Shown piece by piece: positions 9,183 through 17,357 of a stretch of 64,000 nucleotides of DNA. The position numbers and the translations under genes are program-made. Below the pieces are notes generated by a model. It saw only the letters and a list, made by a program, of their open reading frames with translations, had not been told where the DNA came from and ran no database searches. Numbering within the stretch: the first letter of the stretch is position 1; every line of letters begins with the position of its first letter. The stretch is from Candidatus Lindowbacteria bacterium RIFCSPLOWO2_12_FULL_62_27 (GTDB taxonomy: Bacteria > Lindowbacteria > 2-12-FULL-62-27): assembly GCA_001784175.1 (NCBI GenBank), contig MFPR01000020.1:186001-250000 (forward strand). Direction: 5' to 3'.

Positions 9183-10315
9183 AAACTTTCAAACGAAATC
9201 TGGCCGTCACAATTATTTTGATCTGCGGTGCAGTGGGTGTGTCCGTTGCGGAATTGGTAGAACCCGGAACGATCTGGCCTCGGAAGAACGATTTTTCAGC
9301 CACGGTGGAGGTGAGTGTATTTAGGCATACCGCCGGATATGATTTTGTCTATACCGTGGGCAATGCCTCAACAAGCCGTCAATCCATTGCGCGATTTGTG
9401 ATCATGCACTTCGATCCCACCATGTCATTAGATGAGGGTGTTTCCCAGCTATATGGTTATGTTCGGGGTGTATCCCTGGGAGAACCTGGGTATCGTGGAG
9501 GTTGGGCGGGCAGAAATGCCAAGGGCAGAGGACTAATCACTTGTTCCTGGAGTGTTCGTTCCGATCCGGGGTGGGGCAAATTAGATTCTCGTTCCAAAAT
9601 GCCAAGTAAAGTTATTAAACCAGGCCAATCGGAAAATGGGTTCAAGCTTTTCAACCGTCGGGGTCCGCCAAAAATTGCACGTTATTTTCTTGAAGGGTGG
9701 GCGCCCCGTCCTGTTTTAGATGGAGGAAAAATTGTCATAGAGGATCAAAGTGGGCCTTTGCCAGTAACTCAAGTAATAGACAATGCTGGACAATTTGGCG
9801 ATTCCGTTCTGAAGGGTGTTTTACCGAATCAAAAAGCCAGCGAGAACAGTGTTGGTGGAAAAACATTAGGCCCTGCTGTTCCTCCCACTGAACAAGTGGT
9901 TATCTGCGACACGTTCATCCTCGACCTGATCGGCCAATTGCGCGAGGCGGTGGCGTTGGGCTGGATCAAGCACGACCTGCGGAAGGACCAGGACGACGAT
10001 GAGGATCACGGCAAGCGGAAGGGCGACGACAAGGGCAAGAAGAAAGGCCACGAGAAGGACGGCGACGAAGGCGACGACAACGGGGACGATGACGACCTAT
10101 CCGCCGCGGACAAGCAGTTGCCCGGCGTTGCGAAGGCGCTCATCAAGAAATTGACGAAGGCGCGGCGGGAGTGCCTGCGCGGTCGGTTTGGCGAGGCGCG
10201 GGAGATGCTGCGGGCGCTTCTCAAGCAGGTGAACGCGCAGAGAGGCAAGCATCTGACAGACGAGGCGTATTATCTGATCCGGTTCAACGCCGAGTTTCTA
10301 GTGGAAAAACTCTGA
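9179..10315 (+). CDS. Secreted protein with C-terminal FIMAH-like helical domain
   Basis: Signal peptide (MKTFKRNLAVTIILICGAVGVSVA); C-terminal AREMLRALLKQVNAQRGKHLTDEAYYLIRFNAEFL; ATGA overlap with the upstream gene. Confidence 0.65.
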   Translation: MKTFKRNLAVTIILICGAVGVSVAELVEPGTIWPRKNDFSATVEVSVFRHTAGYDFVYTVGNASTSRQSIARFVIMHFDPTMSLDEGVSQLYGYVRGVSLGEPGYRGGWAGRNAKGRGLITCSWSVRSDPGWGKLDSRSKMPSKVIKPGQSENGFKLFNRRGPPKIARYFLEGWAPRPVLDGGKIVIEDQSGPLPVTQVIDNAGQFGDSVLKGVLPNQKASENSVGGKTLGPAVPPTEQVVICDTFILDLIGQLREAVALGWIKHDLRKDQDDDEDHGKRKGDDKGKKKGHEKDGDEGDDNGDDDDLSAADKQLPGVAKALIKKLTKARRECLRGRFGEAREMLRALLKQVNAQRGKHLTDEAYYLIRFNAEFLVEKL

Positions 10316-10400
10316 ACCCCCAATCCAAACCTTCACCCGATCTCGAACTCGCATCCGCCTGATTGATTTCCGTTGGGTTTGACGCTACGCTTTGCTCCGC

Positions 10401-10646
10401 ATGAGCGGATACCATTTGACCCGTCACGCGAAAAACAATCTTCGCCTGTTCAGGATCGACCGGTCGGACGTAGATCAAACCATCGATCCATCAAACAAGG
10501 TTGCCGATGAAGGCAAATACACGATATACTTGAAGCAGTTCCCGGCGAAATACGGGGGATTACCGTTGAAGGTCGTCACGAACGACCCGGACAAGGCCGT
10601 TATATCGGCTTATCCGCTCAAACGCGGATGGAAGGAGCGCACATGA
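10401..10646 (+). CDS. DUF4258-like protein (putative RelE/BrnT-type toxin)
   Basis: LTRHAK...I.R.DV...LKVV....VISAYP pattern; ATGA overlap with the DUF2283-like gene. Confidence 0.65.
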   Translation: MSGYHLTRHAKNNLRLFRIDRSDVDQTIDPSNKVADEGKYTIYLKQFPAKYGGLPLKVVTNDPDKAVISAYPLKRGWKERT

Positions 10647-10855
10647 AATTCACTTACGATCCGGAAGCGGACGCCGCTTATTTCCGTTTGTCGAAAACGC
10701 GGCCTCAGGCGGCGGTCGAAGTGCGTGAAGGCGTCATCCTCCACGTCACCGAACACGACAAAATCGTCGGAATCGAAATCCTCGACGCCAAGTCGCGCCT
10801 GCCGATCCCTGCGCTGATGAAATCTCCCGTCGCCGACGGCGCACATTCTCATTGA
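10643..10855 (+). CDS. DUF2283-like protein (putative antitoxin)
   Basis: MKFTYDPEADAAYFRL...IVGIEILDA signature; SD AAGGAG upstream. Confidence 0.85.
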   Translation: MKFTYDPEADAAYFRLSKTRPQAAVEVREGVILHVTEHDKIVGIEILDAKSRLPIPALMKSPVADGAHSH

Positions 10856-10883
10856 TTTTCGTGAGGCCAGCAGGACGACAGTA

Positions 10884-12599
10884 GAGGTTGTTGAAAAATT
10901 CGCCAATTTTTTGATTTGTCCCTTGTTGGACAGATTTTTGGGAATGGACTTCCCCCTGTTTTCTTCTTTTTTTCTACCGCATCCAACCACTCACGGCGAT
11001 CTTCCCGTCAACCGTAGCCCAGGCTGACCAGTTTCTGAGGCCGTAAAGGGCATCGTCCCTCCAGAATTCGAAGTGCCTTCTTGGCGTTGAGCATGAAAAA
11101 GGTCAGGAAGGCGTGAACTGCCATTCGCCACCGTCCTCGATACCGGGCTGTTGAAAAATCGTGCCATTTCTTCGCCTTGCCGTAGATCCGCTCCACCGTC
11201 GTCCGAAATCGAAACAGGGCTTTCTGCAAATCCGGCGATAGAGGACTTTCCAATCTGAGTTGCCGATCCAATGACATAAGCACCCGCGCGCGTCCGTCAC
11301 GCGCCGAGAAACTTGGACACCCGGATGCGCCGGGGCATCCGCCACAATCCCGAACCGAAAAATAAAACAGCTTCCCTTCCGGATGCGGACTTTGTCCGAT
11401 CGCCGTCTTCCCTTCCGGGCACCGCAAGCTTTGGGTCGATGGATCATACTGGAATGCCTCCGCCTGAACCGTCACGTCGTGGGCCGGAATCACCTCCTGC
11501 ATCCCCAACTCTTTTCGAATCTCCTCCCGGTTCTCTCCGCTCCCGTACAACTTGTCCGCCAATGCCACATCGCCGCTCAAACCCCGTTCTTCCTCCTGCG
11601 CCAGCAACCTCGGCAGGTCCTGACCCTCATTCACATTCCCCGGCATCGTTTCCACCGTCGTCACGATCTCCGACTCGTTCGTCACCGTGTGCACCTTATA
11701 TCCATAAAACGGCTTGTCTTTTGACTTGTAACCAAATGCCGCATCCACGTCCGTCAGACTCCCCACCGACCGATCCGTCAAAAACAACAGCTCTTCGATC
11801 CCTTTCGACAACTCGACCACCGCCTCCGAAAATCGTTCGCCTTGCGCCTTCGCCAGCATCTCTCTCAGTCGCCCGATCTCTTCGGCCAGCACAGTCGGAT
11901 TCTCCTCTTCCTCCTGATCCATCCTCCTCGACCCTTCCCGCTTTTGTTCCTCCGTCAACAACTCCTCGTAGAATTCCCTGTTGTCCCGCCTCATCGCCGC
12001 ACGAAGTTTCCCCTGGGCCTGCCTCACGATCCCCAACCTCGACCGAGCTCGCGCGTTCGCCAACACATGCGTCGCGTCCACGATCTTCAACCGATGTGAG
12101 ATCAATCCCGCTTTCTCCAACTCCTCCACAAATCTCTCGAACAGCCGCCGAAATCCTTCCTCTCCCAATCGCCCTCGAAATACGCTCAGCGTCGAATAAT
12201 CCGGCACCGTCTCCTCCAGCGGCAATCCCGCAAAATATCGATACAGCGCGTTGTATCTCAGTTGTTCCTCCACCTCGTGATCCGACAGATTCGCGTAGAT
12301 TTCCAAAAATAGCGTCAGAAATATCGTCCTCGGCGGATACGGTGGCCGGCCTACGGCCGATGCTGAGTAGTACCTCTCCAACTCGCGGTCGATCCACGAA
12401 AAATCAAATTTCTCCTTGATCCGTACCAGTTCGTGATTTTTTGGAATCAGATTGCCCCACAACAGATCGAAAAAACTATTCTGCGGTTGCTTCTCTTTGA
12501 CCATCGGGTTCCCCTCCCTTTTGGATTTCTCGTTGACGAGGGGATTATATCATCTGCGGGGTCTCACCCTGATTTGTAGGGGAATTTTTCAACAACCTC
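10884..12599 (-). mobile_element. Insertion sequence, IS1182-like, 1716 bp
   Basis: Perfect 18-bp TIR GAGGTTGTTGAAAAATTC (10884-10901 and 12582-12599); 5-bp direct repeat CAGTA on both flanks (10879-10883, 12600-12604); single transposase. Confidence 0.92.
11008..12504 (-). CDS. DDE transposase (IS1182-like)
   Basis: GRPPYPP, PDYSTLSVFR, IVDATHV, GYKVH, ADKLY, Cys-rich insertion, RTTVERIYGKAK and RYRG motifs. Confidence 0.93.
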   Translation of the reverse strand: MVKEKQPQNSFFDLLWGNLIPKNHELVRIKEKFDFSWIDRELERYYSASAVGRPPYPPRTIFLTLFLEIYANLSDHEVEEQLRYNALYRYFAGLPLEETVPDYSTLSVFRGRLGEEGFRRLFERFVEELEKAGLISHRLKIVDATHVLANARARSRLGIVRQAQGKLRAAMRRDNREFYEELLTEEQKREGSRRMDQEEEENPTVLAEEIGRLREMLAKAQGERFSEAVVELSKGIEELLFLTDRSVGSLTDVDAAFGYKSKDKPFYGYKVHTVTNESEIVTTVETMPGNVNEGQDLPRLLAQEEERGLSGDVALADKLYGSGENREEIRKELGMQEVIPAHDVTVQAEAFQYDPSTQSLRCPEGKTAIGQSPHPEGKLFYFSVRDCGGCPGASGCPSFSARDGRARVLMSLDRQLRLESPLSPDLQKALFRFRTTVERIYGKAKKWHDFSTARYRGRWRMAVHAFLTFFMLNAKKALRILEGRCPLRPQKLVSLGYG

Positions 12600-12693
12600 C
12601 AGTACCGCTCTTGACTTTTTGACTTTCATTTCAAATTCCACCGGTGCTCGCCGCCTTTACACCGGCGCTTGGCGCGGGTATATTTAAAACACC

Positions 12694-13194
12694 ATGTCCT
12701 CCGGTGAGAAAAAGGAAACCGACGCAGTCGCCATGTCGAAAGAATACTTCGACCGGGCCTACCGATATCAGATGGAAGGGAAACTCAAACACGCCGCCCG
12801 GTGCTATCTCCGGTCCATCGAACTGCACCCCACGCCCGAGGCGCACACGTTTCTCGGCTGGACCTACTCCTTCACAGGCAGATACGACGAGGCCATCGCC
12901 GAATGTAAAAAGGCCATTGAGGTCGATCCGGCGTTCGGCAATCCCTACAACGACATCGGGGCCTATCTCGTCGAAACCGCCAAATACGAGGAGGCGGTCC
13001 CGTGGCTCACGAAGGCCGTCGCCGCCGAACGCTACGAGCCCCGGCATTATCCGCATTTCAATCTCGGCCGCGTCTACGAAATCCAGGGGAAATGGGCCGA
13101 TGCCATGGCCGAGTACCAGAAGGCCATCGAGCTTTTTCCGGAGTACTCTCTGGCGATTGAGGCGCTGGATCGACTGAAAGCCCGGCTAAACTAA
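12694..13194 (+). CDS. TPR protein
   Basis: Consecutive TPR units (AHTFLGWTYSFTGRYDEAIAECKKAIEVDP; PYNDIGAYL; PHFNLGRVY). Confidence 0.9.
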   Translation: MSSGEKKETDAVAMSKEYFDRAYRYQMEGKLKHAARCYLRSIELHPTPEAHTFLGWTYSFTGRYDEAIAECKKAIEVDPAFGNPYNDIGAYLVETAKYEEAVPWLTKAVAAERYEPRHYPHFNLGRVYEIQGKWADAMAEYQKAIELFPEYSLAIEALDRLKARLN

Positions 13195-13911
13195 AAGAGC
13201 ACTCACATCTTTCCAGAGATTTCTGCAGGGTTGGCCCTCGTGGTACTGCCACCGGCTCTTCGACCGGTCACCGGCGTGAACCGCGATAATGTTCGCCGAC
13301 AGCGTTTGCGGCGGCCCGTCATGCTTGCAAATCCTGTGGTCGGCTGACAGCAACGGCTCGTGGACGGCCAGGAGTTCTTGCAGCTTCAAGAGGACATCGT
13401 CGATGCCGGCCTGCGCCGGATCCAGAGACAGAAACCGCCGCACGGCTTCCATGTCGACCTGATTCAAATCGTGGACGTTGGACAGCACATGCAGGCCCGG
13501 CCTCAGGCGGACCGACAGGTCGCTCGGGCCGCCGTGTTCCACCACAAAGGCCATTTCTGTGTCCGCGTAAATCCAGTGAAAGGGAGAAAACAGAAACGTC
13601 GGAATCCGTTCGGCCCGCCGGTGCGCCTGAAACGCCGTTCTTTCCTTCAACGCCTCCAGCGGAAGCGCTCCGCGGGATTTGACTTCGGGACCTGGGGCGG
13701 GCGCGCCTTTCCGGTTGGTGACGACGGACAGAACCCCGGCCGGGTTGATCCCGATCCACGTCCCGCCCGCTCTCGGATCCCTCGGCGCGGCGAAGCCCTC
13801 CGACCACCGAAACGGCGGCTCGCCGCCCCGCGCCGGATCTTCGTCGCGGTTCGCCGCGACAATCAGCGGATAATCCGGAACGACTTTGTGCAAAAGAACC
13901 AGCAGGCACAT
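13186..13911 (-). CDS. NRDE/TANGO2 family protein
   Basis: MCL start, AANRDE, RD..AGGTWIG, SRG motifs. Confidence 0.92.
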   Translation of the reverse strand: MCLLVLLHKVVPDYPLIVAANRDEDPARGGEPPFRWSEGFAAPRDPRAGGTWIGINPAGVLSVVTNRKGAPAPGPEVKSRGALPLEALKERTAFQAHRRAERIPTFLFSPFHWIYADTEMAFVVEHGGPSDLSVRLRPGLHVLSNVHDLNQVDMEAVRRFLSLDPAQAGIDDVLLKLQELLAVHEPLLSADHRICKHDGPPQTLSANIIAVHAGDRSKSRWQYHEGQPCRNLWKDVSALLV

Positions 13912-13915
13912 CGGG

Positions 13916-14338
13916 TCAGAGACTGATCAAAATGACGCCCGCCACCGCAAGAACCGTCCCGGCCGCTTTTGTCCACGTCAGGTGCTCCTGTAAAAACAGG
14001 ACGCCCATGAGAAACGTGATCAGCGGATACGTCGCGCAAATCGGCACGACCTGCGTCGCCTCCATCCGCTTTATCGCGGCAAAATAGAGATACAGCCCGA
14101 AAATCGCCGACAGAATCGCCGCGCCCACAATGTAGGCCAGCGTCCGGGCCTCAAGCTGGAAAATCTCCGACCGCAGGCCCGGCATCAGCAGAAGCGGCAG
14201 AATGCAGACAAACGTCGTCGTAAACCGAACCGCCATCACCGCGCCCGCCGACGCCTTCTCCATGCCGAGCTTGTCCAAAACCGGTGTCACACCCCACAAC
14301 ACGGATGTCATCAGAGCCAGAATCACTCCATCTCGCAT
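13916..14338 (-). CDS. EamA/DMT family small transporter
   Basis: About five hydrophobic helices; YPL..FL.GVLFL.E.LT motif. Start set at ATG 14338. Confidence 0.88.
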   Translation of the reverse strand: MRDGVILALMTSVLWGVTPVLDKLGMEKASAGAVMAVRFTTTFVCILPLLLMPGLRSEIFQLEARTLAYIVGAAILSAIFGLYLYFAAIKRMEATQVVPICATYPLITFLMGVLFLQEHLTWTKAAGTVLAVAGVILISL

Positions 14339-14394
14339 GCGGGCGACAATATCAGCTTGGGCGGGGCCTGTCGATATGCTATACACGCGTCAAG

Positions 14395-16539
14395 GTGAGG
14401 CGCCTGTCACGTGAGGTCGTGTGTTGCGTGCTGCTCGTACTTGGGAGTGGGGTGGCGATCGCGGCGCCGCTGTTTCAGGAAACATTCGATGGGCCCGCGG
14501 CTCTCGGGAATGCTGCGTTTGACACACAATTCCTGACGGGGCGAGTCCAGGCCGGCGCGCTTCATCTGTTCTACTCGACTGAGCCCAACAGCCAACCCAA
14601 TGCGCTCTCCTGCATGTTGCCGGCCGTTTCCCGCCCGCCGGAGGAGCGCCGGACGGTCCTCCATTTCGGTGGCGGCGGCGCGGATGTCTCCAACAGCGTC
14701 TTCGTTTCCTATGCTGTCGGCCCCGGTGACGGGCTCTCCCTGATTCCCTTCCCCTACGGGCCACTGGCCAACGGCGCCTCCGGGTATCGGGCCGGGTACG
14801 TCATCCGGTTTCTGCGGCATGGCGACGGGACCAACGAGATCGAAATCTATCGTAACGATACGGGATGGATCAGGAAACTCCTCAACGACTGGCTGCCGTC
14901 CAATCCTGTCCGAACCCTCCGCCGGATCGACATCCGGCACAGGCGTAACGGAGAACATCTCATCGCGGTCCGGTTCGATACGGGAGTGGCCTACGAAAGA
15001 ACGTATCGCTTCATCGATGCGTCCTTCCCGCCCGGCAATCTGTATCGCGGGATTCAGTTCATCGCGAAGGCCCATTCGGCCATGAAAACGGAGTTGACCT
15101 ACCAGACGGACACGTGGATCGTCGTCGACGAATACGGTCCGGGCGCTCGCCGCCCGGAACCGCGAAACGAGCCGGCGGCACGCGCGATTCAGAAGCCTTC
15201 GGCTCCGATGGAAGAAATGGTGGCCCGGGCTGAGTCGCTTTTTGCGCAGTCCGATACCCAATCGGCCGCGGATCTCTGCCTGCAGATTTTGAATCAGGAC
15301 GGCGATCACGCGGACGCGCAGGACATGCTCGGAAGAATCGAACGCCTGTCCGGAAACTTGTCGGACGCCCACCGGCTTCTTTCTCGCGCCTTGGATGCGC
15401 GACGGCGCGCCTATCCGCCGGACCATCCCAAGGTCGCGGAAAGCATGCTCCATCTGGCAGGCTTGTTCGCCGCGCGGGATTCGGCCCGTGCGGACTCGCT
15501 CTATCAGGGCGCGGTGGAGATCATGGAAAAACGGCTCGGGACCTCGCACCCCGACCTGGTCCCGTTCCTGCACGAACAGGCAAGATTCCATGAATATCAG
15601 AAAACATTTTCAAAAGCCGGGCCCATGTATCTGCGGATCCTGTCCATATTGGAAAACTCATACGGTCTCCGCGATCTTCGGCTCCTGCCGGTCCTGACCG
15701 ATGTGGGAAAACTGTGCGCGGTCACCAAACAGTACGCGCCGTCCGACTCGTTTCTCAGCCGCGCGCTGGAGATCGGGCAGACGGCGTACGGCGAAACTCA
15801 TCCGGCGGTCATCACCGCCCTTCAGGCCCTGGAGCTTCTTTATGAACTCCAGCACCTCGACGACAAAAGCGAACCGGTCTACCGCCGGCTGATCGAGTTT
15901 CAGACGCGCCGCTCGGGCGACCTGACCCACACCGCGCGGCGAATGAACAATCTCGGCATGATCTACCAGCGCAAAAGCCACTTCCAGGATGCGGAAACCA
16001 TGTTCCTGAAATCGATCGAAACATGGACACGCGCCATGGGGCCGGGCTACTTCGAACTGCCCGACATCCTCGGCAACCTCAGCCTTCTCTACCAGGCGAC
16101 GGGACAGTTGGAGAAAGCCGAAGCCGTGTATCTGCGCGGCCTGGAGATCAGAAAAAAAGAACAGGGGACCAACCATCCGGAGGTGGCCCGGACCCTCAAC
16201 AACCTGGCCACCCTCAATCATCAACTGAAAAGATTCGATCGGGCCATCCAGTATTATCAGGAGGCGCTCGCCGCCCTCGATAACGCGACCGACCCCGAGG
16301 TCGTCAATCAGGCCCATGTCTGCTACCAGTTGCTGACGCTCTATTCGGCGCGGGACCAGTACCTGGCGGCGGAACAGGCGGGCCGGCGCGCATTGAGCGT
16401 ATTTGAAAAAGAAGAGGCGACGCTCCGGCCCCACCTCCTCGCCACCCTCCGCGCCCTCTCCCGCCTCTACGACAAAATGGGCCGGTCGATGGAGGCTTCC
16501 TACTTTGCCCATCGCGCAGGAATGATTGAAATGCGGTAA
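14395..16539 (+). CDS. Secreted protein: unknown N-terminal beta domain plus kinesin-light-chain-type TPR array
   Basis: Signal-like start, APLFQETFD.., Pro-rich linker, then ~42-aa repeats (HPEVARTLNNLA). Start set at GTG 14395. Confidence 0.75.
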   Translation: MRRLSREVVCCVLLVLGSGVAIAAPLFQETFDGPAALGNAAFDTQFLTGRVQAGALHLFYSTEPNSQPNALSCMLPAVSRPPEERRTVLHFGGGGADVSNSVFVSYAVGPGDGLSLIPFPYGPLANGASGYRAGYVIRFLRHGDGTNEIEIYRNDTGWIRKLLNDWLPSNPVRTLRRIDIRHRRNGEHLIAVRFDTGVAYERTYRFIDASFPPGNLYRGIQFIAKAHSAMKTELTYQTDTWIVVDEYGPGARRPEPRNEPAARAIQKPSAPMEEMVARAESLFAQSDTQSAADLCLQILNQDGDHADAQDMLGRIERLSGNLSDAHRLLSRALDARRRAYPPDHPKVAESMLHLAGLFAARDSARADSLYQGAVEIMEKRLGTSHPDLVPFLHEQARFHEYQKTFSKAGPMYLRILSILENSYGLRDLRLLPVLTDVGKLCAVTKQYAPSDSFLSRALEIGQTAYGETHPAVITALQALELLYELQHLDDKSEPVYRRLIEFQTRRSGDLTHTARRMNNLGMIYQRKSHFQDAETMFLKSIETWTRAMGPGYFELPDILGNLSLLYQATGQLEKAEAVYLRGLEIRKKEQGTNHPEVARTLNNLATLNHQLKRFDRAIQYYQEALAALDNATDPEVVNQAHVCYQLLTLYSARDQYLAAEQAGRRALSVFEKEEATLRPHLLATLRALSRLYDKMGRSMEASYFAHRAGMIEMR

Positions 16540-16573
16540 CGGATGCGGGTATATCTACGTGCTGAAAACTCAA

Positions 16574-17305
16574 TCAGGAGAGGCCGGACGGGAGGGCGCT
16601 GAAAAAATAGCCCATGCGTTCGGAGAAATCATGGTCAATCGGATCGACGTGGGATTTGAGCCATTCCCGGTCGATCGTGATTTTGGTGGGGCGGTGTTCC
16701 AGAACGCCCCTGTCCTCCAGTTCCTTGAGGATGCGGTTGACATGCTGGCGACTGACATTCAACATCGCCGCCATCTGAGACTGGGGCATCCTTCGCCGGA
16801 TTACAATCTGGTTTCCCTCGAGTTTGCCGAATTTTTCCGACTGGTACAGCAAAAACATCGCGAGACGGGTGGAGGCCTGGTCATCCCCCTGTCCCAGGAC
16901 AAAAATCTTGATGATGGTCGCAAAATCCTTCAACAGCCGGACGGACAGGTCCGGGATTTTCAAAAACACGTTGAAAAACGAATCCCTTGATAATTTGAGC
17001 AATTTGGAATCGGTTAGGGCGGCGGCGTTCAGGTAATACTTCTCAAAAAACGCCTCGCCCGTGCCGACGAGGTCGCCCGGTTTCAATACCACGATGTGGT
17101 GCTTCTTCCCGTCCCGCGTGTATTTGAAAAGTTCGATGCTTCCTTCGACGATGACATACACGGCGGTCACGTCATCCTCTTCAAAATAAAGAGGGCGTTT
17201 CTGTCTGACCGCGATGGGTTCAAACCTCCCCGCCAATTTTTGAAGATCCCCCTTCGCGCAGGATGCGAATACCGGCAGGGACTTCAGGAGTTTTTCATCG
17301 ACCAC
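16574..17305 (-). CDS. Crp/Fnr family transcriptional regulator
   Basis: cNMP-binding-like domain (VYVIVEGSIEL...PGDLVG.GE) and HTH (QSQMAAMLNVSRQHVNRILKEL). Confidence 0.93.
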   Translation of the reverse strand: MVDEKLLKSLPVFASCAKGDLQKLAGRFEPIAVRQKRPLYFEEDDVTAVYVIVEGSIELFKYTRDGKKHHIVVLKPGDLVGTGEAFFEKYYLNAAALTDSKLLKLSRDSFFNVFLKIPDLSVRLLKDFATIIKIFVLGQGDDQASTRLAMFLLYQSEKFGKLEGNQIVIRRRMPQSQMAAMLNVSRQHVNRILKELEDRGVLEHRPTKITIDREWLKSHVDPIDHDFSERMGYFFSALPSGLS

Positions 17306-17357
17306 GGAACTTTCCTATCAGATCATTTCCGCTCGTGTAAAGAAGCCGATGAGACCT

